Under the pieces are notes generated by a model that searched no databases, was not told the origin of the DNA, and saw only the letters and a list, made by a program, of their open reading frames with translations. A stretch of 64,000 bases of DNA from Alphaproteobacteria bacterium (GTDB taxonomy: Bacteria > Pseudomonadota > Alphaproteobacteria > MPNO01): positions 832,001-896,000 of the forward strand of contig CBDFLJ010000002.1 in NCBI GenBank assembly GCA_965248835.1, in the 5' to 3' direction. A program made the translations under genes and the position numbers. Below, piece after piece: positions 1 to 9,931 of this stretch. Within the stretch, counting starts at the first letter, position 1; the number at the start of each line of letters is the position of its first letter.

Positions 1-966
1 CGCGACCTCGAGACGCTGGTGGAAGCCATCGGCTCGGCCCGGGCGCGCCGCGCCGTGGAAATCACGCCGTTGGTCGAGGGGCGCGTGGTCGCGATCAATT
101 TCCGCGCCGGCAAATCGGTCGAAGCCGGCGAGGTCCTGCTGCGCCTCGACGACGACATTCAGCGCGCCGACCTCGCCGAAGCCCGCGCACGCGTCACCGC
201 GGCGGCGAAGGCGCTCGACCGGGCGCGGGCTTTGCGGAAAAGGAGCGCCGTCGCCGCCGCCACGGTCGACAAGCTGGTCGCGGAGCTGGCCATCGCCCAG
301 GCCGATAGAGACCGCGCGGCGCGCCGGCTGCGCGACCGGACGGTGGTTGCCCCGTTCGCCGGCATCGTCGGTTTCTCGAATGTCGAGCTGGGCGCACGGA
401 TCGAGGAGGGCGACACCGTAACCACGCTCGACGATCTGTCGCTGCTCGAGGTCGAGCTGTCGTTGCCGGAAGGCCTGTTCGGCCGGATCGCGCGGGGGCA
501 GCGCATCATCGCCAATGCCGCGGCCTATCCCGGCCGGACGTTCGAAGGCACGATCGAAACCATCAGCAGCCGGGTCGATCCGCAATCGCGCTCCTTCAAG
601 GTCCGCGCCCTGGTGGCCAACGCCGACCGCGTATTGCCCGCCGGCATGTTCATGCACCTGTCGGTCGTGCTGGGCGCGCAGCGCGCGCTGGTGGTTCCCG
701 AAGAGGCCCTGGTCGTCGACGGCAGCACGGCGTTCGTCTTCGCCGTCGTCAAGCACGGCAAAGCCGAACGCGCCGAGCGCCGAACCGTCACCATCGGCAG
801 GCGAGCGTTCGGCGTGGTCCAGATCGTCTCCGGTATCGAACCGGGCATGGAGGTGGTGACGCGCGGCGTGCAAAAGCTGCGCGACGGTTCGCCGGTGCGC
901 CGCGCCGCGCCGGCGGCAAAGTCGCCGGCGGCAAAGTCGTCTTCGCAAGGCGGCGCGGCGGGATGA
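1..966 (+). CDS. RND efflux periplasmic adaptor (MFP) subunit, 5'-truncated by window edge
   Basis: Open frame from base 1; lipoyl/hairpin motifs (GRVVAINF..G..V..G..L..LD; APFAGIVG), SRVDPQSRSFKVRA; directly upstream of RND permease. Confidence 0.92.
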   Translation, partial: RDLETLVEAIGSARARRAVEITPLVEGRVVAINFRAGKSVEAGEVLLRLDDDIQRADLAEARARVTAAAKALDRARALRKRSAVAAATVDKLVAELAIAQADRDRAARRLRDRTVVAPFAGIVGFSNVELGARIEEGDTVTTLDDLSLLEVELSLPEGLFGRIARGQRIIANAAAYPGRTFEGTIETISSRVDPQSRSFKVRALVANADRVLPAGMFMHLSVVLGAQRALVVPEEALVVDGSTAFVFAVVKHGKAERAERRTVTIGRRAFGVVQIVSGIEPGMEVVTRGVQKLRDGSPVRRAAPAAKSPAAKSSSQGGAAG

Positions 967-1024
967 GCACGGCGGCGATCGGCCGGCCGCCACGCAGGAT
1001 CGCCGACGCTCGGGCGGTCCTGAG

Positions 1025-4000
1025 ATGACCCTGTCGGATCTGTCGATTCGGCGCCCGGTCCTGGCGATCGTCGCCAGCCTGCTGATCGTCGTTTTCGGCA
1101 TCGCGTCGCTGTTTTCGATCCCGGTGCGTGAACTGCCCGACGTCGACGCCGCGGTCGTGACCGTGTCGACCGTCTACACCGGCGCATCGCCGCAAATCGT
1201 CGACACCGACATTACCGAGATCGTCGAAAGCGCGATCGCCGGCGTGGCCGGCGTCAAGGTCATCGGCTCGCAAAGCCGCCGCGGCCGCAGCCGGACCGTC
1301 ATCGAATTCGAGATCGGTCGCAATATCGACGAGGCGGCGAACGACGTGCGCGACGCGATCGGGCGCATTCGCGCCAACCTGCCGGACGGCGCCGACGAGC
1401 CGCGGGTCATCAAGAACGACAGCGACGCCGACCCGGTGATGCGGATCGCGGTGACCTCCGACCGCCAGTCGCCGGAGGAGATTACCGACTTCGTCGAGCG
1501 TAACCTGGTCGACAAATTGTCGACGCTCGATGGCGTGGCCAGCGTCAATATCCGCGGCGAACGCCGCTACGCCATCCGCATCTGGATCGACCGCCGCGCC
1601 TTGGCCGCACACAACCTGACGGTCGGCGACATCGAAGCGGCGATCAAGCGAAACAACGTCGAACTGCCGGCCGGCGAGATTACCTCGAGCCAGCGCATGC
1701 TCGATATTCGCCTCGACAGCCGTCTGGCGAGCGTCGAGGAATTCCGCGATATCGTGCTCGACAACGTTGCCGGCCATCCGGTCCGGCTCGCTGACGTCGC
1801 CCAGGTCGAGCGCGGTGTCGCCGACGACGAGATCATCGTCCGCGCCAATGGCTCGCCGGCCGTCGGGCTGCGGGTCCTGCGCCAGAGCCAGGCCAACGCG
1901 ATGGCGATCTCGCGGGCCGTGCGGGCCGAAATTCGCACCCTGGAGCCGACCCTGCCCGCCGGCATGAAAATCATCGTCGGCTCCGACGATGCGCTTTTCA
2001 TCGCCTCGTCGATCCGCGAGGTGCTCATCGCGCTGGGCATTTCGATGGCCCTGGTGATCCTCGTCATCCTGGCGTTCCTCGGGTCGCTTCGCACCACGAT
2101 GGTGCCGGCGGTGACCATTCCGGTCGCGCTCATCGGCAGCATCGCGCTGATTGCCGCGTTCGGGTTTTCCATCAACGTGCTGACATTGCTGGCCCTGCTG
2201 CTCGCCATCGGCCTGGTCGTCGACGACGCGATCGTCGTGCTCGAAAATATCAAACGCCGTGTCGATGACGGCGAGACGGCGCTGGTTGCAGCGGTACGCG
2301 GCACCCGCCAGGTGACCTTCGCCGTGCTGGCCACATCGGTGACGCTGATCGCGGTGTTCGTGCCGATCTCGTTCCTCGGCGGCAAGGTCGGCCGGCTGTT
2401 CGGCGAGTTCGGTCTGATCATGGTGGCAGCGGTGGTCATCTCGACGTTCGTCGCCCTCAGCCTGTGTCCGATGATCGCGTCGCGGGTGCTCAAGCATGCC
2501 GCAAGACACCGCCCGCCGGACGCGGTGCCCGACAAGGATTCCGCGGTTGCCCGCTCGGGTTTTGCCCGCGCCTATCGCAGGATCCTCGATCCGGCCCTGA
2601 AAGCGCCGCTCGTGGTCATCGCCCTGTCGCTGTCGTTTGTCGCCGGCGCCGTCGGCCTCTACCTGCAGCTGCCTCGGGAGCTGGCCCCCAAGGAAGACCG
2701 CGGCGTAGCGTTCGTTCCGATCACGGCGCCGCAGGGCGCGACCGTCGCCTACACCGACGCGCAGGCGCGCATCATCGAGCGAACCCTGGCGCCCCAACAG
2801 GCCAACGGCAATATCGACACCCTCTATTCCCTGGTTGGCTGGGGCAACCGCCCCTACCGCGCCTTCGTCGTCCTGCGGCTGGCGCCTTGGGGCGAACGCG
2901 CGGCCAGCCAGGCCGAGATCGTCGCCAAGCTGCAGCCCGCCGTGCGCCGGCTGCCGGGCGCGCGCGCCGCCGTCGCGAGCCCGGCCGGTCTGGGTCTGCG
3001 CGGCAACTCGACGCCGCTGCGCATCGTCGTCGGCGGATCGGATTTCGAACGGGTCAAGCAGTGGGCGGCGCAGCTGCTCGAACATGCCGAGGCGAACGAC
3101 CGGCTGATCAATCCGCAAATGGATTTCGAGCAGAACCAGCCCCAGCTCGGCCTCTCCCTCGACCGCGCGCGCGCCAACGATCTCGGCATCAGCGCGGAAA
3201 CCATCGCCTCGACGCTGCAGGTCCTGTTCGCGTCGCGGGAATTGACGACCTATGTCGACCGCGGCCGTGAATATCCGGTCATCGCCCAGGCCCGGGCCGA
3301 GGACCGGCGAACGCCCAGCGATCTGGCCAACGTGTTCCTGCGCACCGGTGCAAGGGTCGAAGGCGGGTCGTCGCTGATTCCGCTCAGCGCGCTGATCACC
3401 GCTTCGGAGCGCGCGGCGGCGGCGGAGCTCAGGCGCTACGACCGGCTGCCGTCGATCACCATTCGGTCCGGCTTGGCCGACGACTATGCCCTGGGCAGCG
3501 CACTCGCCTACATGGAACAGGGCGCGGCGCGGCTCCTGCCCGATAGTGCGCGCTTGGGCTTCGCCGGCCAATCGGCGACCTTCAAGGACACCTCCGGCGA
3601 CATCGCGGTCATTTTTGCCGTCGCATTGCTGGTTGTCTTCCTGGTGCTCGCCGCCCAGTTCGAAAGCTTCATCCACCCGATCGTGATCATGCTGTCGGTG
3701 CCGCTGGCCGTCGCCGGCGCGGTGTATGCGCTGAGCCTGGCCGGGCTTACGCTCAACGTCTACAGCCAGATCGGCATCATTTTGTTGATCGGCCTGATGG
3801 CCAAAAACGGCATTCTGATCGTCGAGTTCGCCAACCAGCTGCGCGACGCCGGCGCAAGCGTGCGCGATGCCGTCGTCGATGCGGCGGTGCTGCGGCTGCG
3901 GCCGATCGTGATGACGGTGATTTCGACGATCCTCGGTGCGGTGCCGCTGGTCCTCGCCACCGGGGCCGGAGCGGAGAGCCGCATCGCCATCGGATCGGTC

Positions 4001-4147
4001 ATCGTTGGCGGCCTCGGCCTGGCCCTGGTGTTCACCTTGTTCCTGACGCCGGTGCTCTACGCGCTGCTCGCGGGTTTCTCGAAGCCGCGCTCGGCGATCG
4101 AGAAAGCGCTCGAGGCGGAGCTTGCGGGCGCCAGCCTGTCCGAGTGA
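1025..4147 (+). CDS. RND efflux permease, AcrB/AcrD/AcrF family
   Basis: 1040 aa; SIRRPV start, GLVVDDAIVVLEN, KNGILIVEFA, RLRPIVMT motifs. Confidence 0.96.
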   Translation: MTLSDLSIRRPVLAIVASLLIVVFGIASLFSIPVRELPDVDAAVVTVSTVYTGASPQIVDTDITEIVESAIAGVAGVKVIGSQSRRGRSRTVIEFEIGRNIDEAANDVRDAIGRIRANLPDGADEPRVIKNDSDADPVMRIAVTSDRQSPEEITDFVERNLVDKLSTLDGVASVNIRGERRYAIRIWIDRRALAAHNLTVGDIEAAIKRNNVELPAGEITSSQRMLDIRLDSRLASVEEFRDIVLDNVAGHPVRLADVAQVERGVADDEIIVRANGSPAVGLRVLRQSQANAMAISRAVRAEIRTLEPTLPAGMKIIVGSDDALFIASSIREVLIALGISMALVILVILAFLGSLRTTMVPAVTIPVALIGSIALIAAFGFSINVLTLLALLLAIGLVVDDAIVVLENIKRRVDDGETALVAAVRGTRQVTFAVLATSVTLIAVFVPISFLGGKVGRLFGEFGLIMVAAVVISTFVALSLCPMIASRVLKHAARHRPPDAVPDKDSAVARSGFARAYRRILDPALKAPLVVIALSLSFVAGAVGLYLQLPRELAPKEDRGVAFVPITAPQGATVAYTDAQARIIERTLAPQQANGNIDTLYSLVGWGNRPYRAFVVLRLAPWGERAASQAEIVAKLQPAVRRLPGARAAVASPAGLGLRGNSTPLRIVVGGSDFERVKQWAAQLLEHAEANDRLINPQMDFEQNQPQLGLSLDRARANDLGISAETIASTLQVLFASRELTTYVDRGREYPVIAQARAEDRRTPSDLANVFLRTGARVEGGSSLIPLSALITASERAAAAELRRYDRLPSITIRSGLADDYALGSALAYMEQGAARLLPDSARLGFAGQSATFKDTSGDIAVIFAVALLVVFLVLAAQFESFIHPIVIMLSVPLAVAGAVYALSLAGLTLNVYSQIGIILLIGLMAKNGILIVEFANQLRDAGASVRDAVVDAAVLRLRPIVMTVISTILGAVPLVLATGAGAESRIAIGSVIVGGLGLALVFTLFLTPVLYALLAGFSKPRSAIEKALEAELAGASLSE

Positions 4148-4334
4148 GGCAACGCGCCTGAAATCCGCATCGTGGGGACACCCCCGCGGCGGCCGATCTG
4201 CGTCTCGCCCTCGGCAAACGCTGCTGCGGCCGCCCGGGCCCCAGCGTGATCGCCCGGTCCGCCGCGACCATCCGGGCCGCCGTCGTCATCGGTCTTCCCG
4301 GCGGATAACCGGTCCCGGGCTTCGGTATCGCCTA

Positions 4335-4400
4335 GCGTTGGCCGAATGCAGCTTGGCGCGGTGTTCCTTGGGGAAGCTCATGTAGGCGAGGACATCGTGT
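4335..4400 (-). pseudogene. IS256-family transposase fragment
   Basis: Translates EHDVLAYMSFPKEHRAKLHSAN, similar to LAFYDFPAEHWKHLRTTN in the intact IS256 transposase at 44991-46253. Confidence 0.7.
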
Positions 4401-4713
4401 TCGGCGTTCAAGCTCTGCACATCGGCGGCGGGCCGATACGATCGCCGCCGGCGACAGGCGCAGGCCGGACCGTGCGAGCGCGTCGAGCGCGGATTTGACG
4501 CCTTCGGCGATGCCGGGATCGCAATCCTCGAAGTACCACTCGCACAGCCCGACATGGAAGTCGGCGAGATGGGCGGCCGCCAGCCGGCGTGTCCAGGCGA
4601 CGGCGTCCTCCTCGACGCCCGGGTCGATGGCGGCGAAGCCGATCGTCATGTCGGCGACCGAGCGCGCGAGCACGCCCGCCGTGTCGAGCGCCGGGCTCAA
4701 CGGCACGATGCCC
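4399..4713 (-). pseudogene. Internally deleted partial duplicate of the amidase gene at 15490-16905
   Basis: 4399-4445 matches ~15481-15526 and 4440-4713 matches ~16015-16289 with only a few SNPs; joined at GATCG microhomology. Confidence 0.9.
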
Positions 4714-5504
4714 TGATCAATCCGCTGTTCGACGCGTGGGACGGAGAGCCGCTGACCGGCCCGCGCACCGTTGTCACCACGGCGGCGCCGACACCCGCCC
4801 CGCTCCGGCGCAAGCTCGCCGAGATGTTCCCGCAAGCCGATATCCTGGCAGCGGCCGGGCTGAGCGAAAGCCTCAACATGGCGACCCAGAGCCCGGGCGA
4901 GCTGCTCAGCCACCCGGACGGCATCGGCGCGCCGCATATCGATACCCGCGTGCTGATCCTGGACGATGACGACCGCGTCGTCCCGCGGGGACAGCCCGGC
5001 CACATCGCGATGCGCAATTTCAACACCGCGCTCGGCTATCACCGCAACCCGGAAGCCGCAGCGCTCACCCGGCGGCCCCGGCGGGATGACCCGGAGGGGC
5101 TGCACTGGTGTTTCACCGGCGATGTCGGCGTCATGGACGAAGACGGCCGTATCACCATCGTCGACCGGTCGAAGGACATTATCCTGACCGGCGGCGAATC
5201 CGTCCCCTCGGTGGAGGTGGAGACGGTCTATGCCGATCATCCGGGTATTGTCGATTGTGCCGCCGTCGGGGTCGAGGACGAACGCTGGGGCGAAGCAATC
5301 CTGCTGGTTGCGGTGCCGAAAGACCCGGAGGTCCCGGAACGCGACCTCGCGGCGGACCTGTTCCGTTTCGGACGCGACCGGCTGGCCGGTTTCAAGGTGC
5401 CGAAGCGCGTGGCCTTCATCGACGCCCTGCCGCGCAGCCATTTTGGCAAGGTGCTGAAACGGGATTTGCGGGAATACAGGTTCGAAACGGTGTTCGACCG
5501 ATAG
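4713..5504 (+). pseudogene. AMP-binding acyl-CoA synthetase, C-terminal part only (5' end lost)
   Basis: FTGDVGVMDEDG, VDRSKDIILTGGESV, LPRSHFGKVLK motifs; N-terminal AMP-binding P-loop absent and replaced by the amidase fragment. Confidence 0.85.
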
Positions 5505-5589
5505 CGCGGCCCCTCTTTCCGACCGTCTGCACGGGTATTCCGTTACTCGTTGCTGTCCGGTTTCCGCTGGGCGGCGGCGCTTGCTGCCG

Positions 5590-5770
5590 CCGACGGTGAG
5601 CGCCCTCGCGAGCGCCGGTCCGACAAATCTAGCGCGGCTATCGGACACCGCCGAGGAGGTGCGCGGCATCGCATCGGCGATCAATGCCGATCTCGGCCGC
5701 GACGTGTTCACCGGCAAGGCGGCCGGACAAGGCCGGGTCAAGAGCATGACTCTCTCGGGCCGGCGGGTCC
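5590..5770 (+). pseudogene. CHAT (caspase-like) domain protein fragment
   Basis: LARLSDTAEEVRGIASAINADLGRDVFTGKAA..RVKSMTLSGRRV resembles the CHAT segment just before the FATHG catalytic motif, which is missing. Confidence 0.55.
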
Positions 5771-5789
5771 CTGTGCAACGCTTTGCAGT

Positions 5790-8009
5790 TCAGTCCCTTC
5801 GGAACCGTCGCAACACGTTGTCGAGCATGTGCGAGATGTTGTTCTCGAAGTCGTTGTGGGGGAGGCTTCCACAGAACGTGATCGAGCCGACCGAGAACAC
5901 CGCGCCGCCGTTGGGCGTCTCGAAGAACACGATCTCGGAGCGGATGAGATCTCGGGTCGGGACGCCGGGACGGGTGGCGTGGTGGTTCAGGATCTCCTCC
6001 GGCACCAGCATGAAGGTGTCGTCCTGCTGCTCCGAGCGGGCGAGCACCAGGGCATGGGGTGGAGAGCCGAGGCTTGGGTCCAGCCAGTCGAGTTCGAAGC
6101 CGGCCGCCCCGCCGCCGCTCAGGCCGAAGTCGCCGAGGCGTTGGTCATCGTCGATGCCCTCGAAGATCCAGGCGGCGCGGGGATCGCGGGAGGCGGGCAG
6201 CCGCCGGTAGGCGGTGCCGTGAAAGTCGCCCTGAGCGATGAATCCCACCCCGGCGAGGCGCTGGGGCGCGCGGCCGCTGTTTCTCCACAGCCCGCCGTAG
6301 CCGCCGTCGAAGGCGTTGTAGTACTCCCCCGGCTCGGCCGCCCAGGCGCGGATTCCGGTCTCGCCGCGGCGGATCTCGACCGCGCCGGGCAGCTCCGGGT
6401 TGACCGCGACGCGCCAGTAAAAGCCGTTGCCGCCGAGATACATCAGGCGTCCGCCTCGTTCGGTGTAGTCGGCGAGCGCGTCGAGCGAGCGCGGGGTGTG
6501 GTATTCCGGGTGGGAGGTCGTCATCACCACTTTGTATTGTGCGATCGCGCCGGCGCCGTCCGCATCGAGATCCTCGTCGGTTATGACGTCGAAATCGTGG
6601 CCAAGCGCATCCAGCCAGGCGAGAAGATGGGTGTCGGCGGCGAAGTGGCGCAGGCAGGAGCCGCCCTGCGGATCCGCGTAGGCACAGAACCCGGAACGCT
6701 GGTTGAGAATCGGGCGAAGCCGTGACGAATAGCTGACCCCACTGCCGTCGCGATGGCTGTTATAAGTCGAGATCCCGTATTCGGGATGCTCATCCGGCGT
6801 CCACGGGCGCGCGCCCCAGCGCGCGACTTGCTCGCGGTAGGCGTCGTCGACATTGCCGCGGGCGAAGTTGGCGTAGACGGTATAGGTGAAGACGGGGATG
6901 AGCACGCAGGCGCTCGATTGCGCCCGGCCCGGCGCGGCGCGCACAAAGAAGGGCACCATGTCCTCGTGGCCGCCGCCGCGCAGGCGCACCGCGTACACGC
7001 CGCTCTTGAAGTCCTCCGGCACCTCGAAGCTGAAATCGGTCTCCCAGCCGCAGTCGTAGAGGTCGTCGTCGTGAAAGTGGATCGCGCCGTACTGCGCCGG
7101 AGCGTGGCGCCAGCACATCTCCTCGCCTGTCCAGCGCGCGCCCTTCATCGCGCGCGCCGGCAGATTGACGGTCTCGCCGTGCATCGCGTGAGGGCCGGTG
7201 TCCAGGATGCGCACGGACGACATCTCCCGTGAGAAGTCCCACGCGGCGAGAAGGTCCTCGCCGGATCCCGTGCCGGGGTCTTCCCCCGCGGTGCGGAATG
7301 CCGCGTCCGGGTCGAGAGCGGCCGCCATGATCCGCGGCGCTTCGAGCTTGCCGTTATAGTGGTCGCCGGCAGGCGAGCCCGCCCGCGCCGCGAACACGAG
7401 ATCGCCGCTCCCGGTGCAGCGCCCCTCGAATGCTACCGAGGCGGTGGCGGTGCCCGAATCCTCGACCGTCATCGCAGGCGCCAGGGCCCGCTGGCCGACG
7501 CGGACCTCGCCCACGCCCGCGTCGTAGCTGAGGAAGACCCGGTACCAGGCGCGGGCGCGCAGCGCCTTGCCGGCGTTGAGGACGACCGTCCCGGCGCCGT
7601 CGCTCAGCGTAGCGGCAAGCGCGCCGGCCTCGTCGATCTCGAGGGTGAAGCCGGCTCCGGTGGCGTCATCGACACGTGACACGAGACCCTGCCGGCGGGA
7701 GAGACCAGGCAGGGTAGGCCAGACGGTGGCGGTCACCGTGAAGCTCCTGAGCGTATCCAGGGGTGCGGTGGCGACGACGCGCGCCCAGGAGCCGTTGTGG
7801 ATCGGCTGCACCCGCGACGGGTAGCGGCCGGCAAAGGCGGCCTCGACGGGCTGCTCGCATATGCCGGGGCCGGCCGGATTGGGGTCGCCGCTGATCACGC
7901 GCACCAAGCGCGCCTCGTAATCCTCCGGCGCGGTCGAGGACACCTTGAACGCGATGGATTCGCCGGGCGGCACCGAATAGCGGTCGGCATAGCCGGTGAT
8001 CGGAAGCAT
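5790..8009 (-). CDS. N,N-dimethylformamidase large (beta) subunit family protein
   Basis: 739 aa; GYADRYSV.PGE, AIHFHDDDLYD, YTVYAN, HPEY, YLGGNGFYW, GGAVFSVGSI motifs. Confidence 0.88.
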   Translation of the reverse strand: MLPITGYADRYSVPPGESIAFKVSSTAPEDYEARLVRVISGDPNPAGPGICEQPVEAAFAGRYPSRVQPIHNGSWARVVATAPLDTLRSFTVTATVWPTLPGLSRRQGLVSRVDDATGAGFTLEIDEAGALAATLSDGAGTVVLNAGKALRARAWYRVFLSYDAGVGEVRVGQRALAPAMTVEDSGTATASVAFEGRCTGSGDLVFAARAGSPAGDHYNGKLEAPRIMAAALDPDAAFRTAGEDPGTGSGEDLLAAWDFSREMSSVRILDTGPHAMHGETVNLPARAMKGARWTGEEMCWRHAPAQYGAIHFHDDDLYDCGWETDFSFEVPEDFKSGVYAVRLRGGGHEDMVPFFVRAAPGRAQSSACVLIPVFTYTVYANFARGNVDDAYREQVARWGARPWTPDEHPEYGISTYNSHRDGSGVSYSSRLRPILNQRSGFCAYADPQGGSCLRHFAADTHLLAWLDALGHDFDVITDEDLDADGAGAIAQYKVVMTTSHPEYHTPRSLDALADYTERGGRLMYLGGNGFYWRVAVNPELPGAVEIRRGETGIRAWAAEPGEYYNAFDGGYGGLWRNSGRAPQRLAGVGFIAQGDFHGTAYRRLPASRDPRAAWIFEGIDDDQRLGDFGLSGGGAAGFELDWLDPSLGSPPHALVLARSEQQDDTFMLVPEEILNHHATRPGVPTRDLIRSEIVFFETPNGGAVFSVGSITFCGSLPHNDFENNISHMLDNVLRRFRRD

Positions 8010-8560
8010 CTCGCGTCTCCAAGCTGTCGGGGTCGTGCCGCCGCTCGCGGGCCGATGCGCCGACGGCGAACGCTTCGCCGCACGAGGGAAAGCGCCTCCG
8101 TCGGACGGAAAAGCGTATTGAAATGCCGGTAAGACCGCAAATCCCCAACGCGTTAACCGCAGGATGTCGCAATCGGCGTTCTGGAGCTCTGCGCATCGGC
8201 GGCGGGCCGGGCGCTCGGCGTGTTGACCGCGGTGAGACTATGTATCGGCGCCGCGATCTCGGCACGATCCCGGAAGGGACGGGAAACGGGGCCGAAAAAG
8301 AAAACACCGACACGCCTGCCTCGGGAACAATTTCCTCGGCTGCGGAGCCGAGCCGCAGCATCGCGCGGCGCGCGTCCGCCGTGAGGGTTCCGGAAACGGC
8401 GCACCCGACGCGCCGCCGCAAACCCTCCTCCCATCATGTCCACCGACCGACGGCGGACATCTCGGATCTGTGGACCTTCACCATCGGAAACTGCGGCTTC
8501 ACACAGACCCGCCGCAAGGGCGATCACGCCGGACGCGCACACCGATCGGAATGCTCCGAC

Positions 8561-9793
8561 TCAGTCCCGGCGAACCTGATGATGGCCGCTGGAGTGGTCG
8601 TATCGCTGGTGGTGCTGGCGCAGGAGGTCGGCGCCGTAGTCGCCGCCGTTGGGCGTTCGTACCACCGTGTGGACGTGATGGTGAGACGGCACATGGTTGT
8701 CGAACACAATGCCCGGAAGGTGGTCGAACTCGATCAGCACGACCGGGCTCTGCACCCGATAGTAGAACGGGCCGTCGTCGCCGGTGGGGCCCATCCAGGC
8801 GAACCAGGTTTCATCGAGATGCTTGTTCACTTCCGCCATCTTCACGCCGGCATGGCCGTCGCGCGACCACCCGACATAGGTGCCGATGAGCGACTCCAGA
8901 AGACGGCGCTGCGCGTCGCTCAGCGCGGTGGCGCACACCCCCGCATGGTCGATGCGGGCGTTGTCCTGGTAGGCGCCCGAAACCATGCGGCCATCGAACG
9001 GCTGGGCCAATTCTTCGGGCAGGTCGTCGGGGTGGAGCGACGGGTAGAGGATCGCCTTCGACGCCTGTTCGCCGTGCAGGCTCCGCACCAGGTCCAGCCC
9101 CGCCCGCTGCTCGGTCGCGAAGACGCGAACCCCCGCCAACGGCCCGTGATCGATCGCACACGGCTCCGAGCCCATGAATGCCGGCGTCATGACCATCTGA
9201 TCGCCGATGATCACGCAGTTGACGATCAGGTGGTGACCGTCGATTTGCCAGCCCCAGGGTTCGTCGGCGGACGGATGCCCGAAAATCGACAGGAAGTAAG
9301 GCCATTCGCCGTATTCGCCGGCGCGGTCGGTTATATCCACCAGAAACCCGTTGATGCGCATGATGTCGCGCGTCTGCTGGAAGCCGCGCTCGGAAAGGGT
9401 GGCGCGGAGCAGCGCCAGACCGAGCTCGCGTGTCGCCGGGGGCAGCTCTTCCAGCATGACGCCATGCCGGGACAGGTTGAAATGCATGTTCAGCCAGGTC
9501 CGCCACTCGGGCGCCGCGATCGGAAAGCTCGCCCGTTGGCGCTGCTCGGCAGTCAGCGCATCGAGGAACGCGCATGCCGCATCCAGAATGGGTTGGGTGC
9601 TGACGCCGGTCGCGTGCAGCGGAAACAGTCCCGGCCGGAGGTCGGGGCCGGATTTGATGCCCTCCAGCGGTCTTGCGAGCAATTCCCGCCAAGAATCGAT
9701 CAGCGCTTGAAGCGGCGGCGGCAGCTCGGTGATGCGCTCCCGCGCCGACAAGGGTGGAAGATTGCCAAGTCCGAACTCTGTCCAATCGGTCAT
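8561..9793 (-). CDS. DUF3500 domain protein
   Basis: IFGHPSADEPWGWQIDGHHL, PAFMGSEP, FYYRVQSPVVLIEFDH, HVHTVVRTPNGGDYG; AGGAGG RBS before ATG at 9793. Confidence 0.85.
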   Translation of the reverse strand: MTDWTEFGLGNLPPLSARERITELPPPLQALIDSWRELLARPLEGIKSGPDLRPGLFPLHATGVSTQPILDAACAFLDALTAEQRQRASFPIAAPEWRTWLNMHFNLSRHGVMLEELPPATRELGLALLRATLSERGFQQTRDIMRINGFLVDITDRAGEYGEWPYFLSIFGHPSADEPWGWQIDGHHLIVNCVIIGDQMVMTPAFMGSEPCAIDHGPLAGVRVFATEQRAGLDLVRSLHGEQASKAILYPSLHPDDLPEELAQPFDGRMVSGAYQDNARIDHAGVCATALSDAQRRLLESLIGTYVGWSRDGHAGVKMAEVNKHLDETWFAWMGPTGDDGPFYYRVQSPVVLIEFDHLPGIVFDNHVPSHHHVHTVVRTPNGGDYGADLLRQHHQRYDHSSGHHQVRRD

Positions 9794-9931
9794 AGCCTTA
9801 CCTCCTGGAGGCCGCGGCTGAAAGGGTCGGGCGCCCGATCGCCCGGATGTGCCGCTTCCCGGACTCGCGGACCGGGAATCCCGCAGGGATCGCGTCCCGC
9901 CGATCACCTGAAGCCGCAATCATACCTTAGC

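Noticed and set aside
788-3676. Long antisense or alternate-frame ORFs (also 8123-10003, 25541-27718, 35072-38341, 51006-53420, 56556-59330)
   Set aside because: Shadow ORFs of high-GC genes, Arg/Ala/Gly-rich with no motifs, overlapping well-supported CDSs
8010-8560. Possible small gene, ncRNA or IS end in the long intergenic region (also 12295-13020, 48860-49340)
   Set aside because: No supportable ORF, RNA motif or paired inverted repeat could be identified by eye
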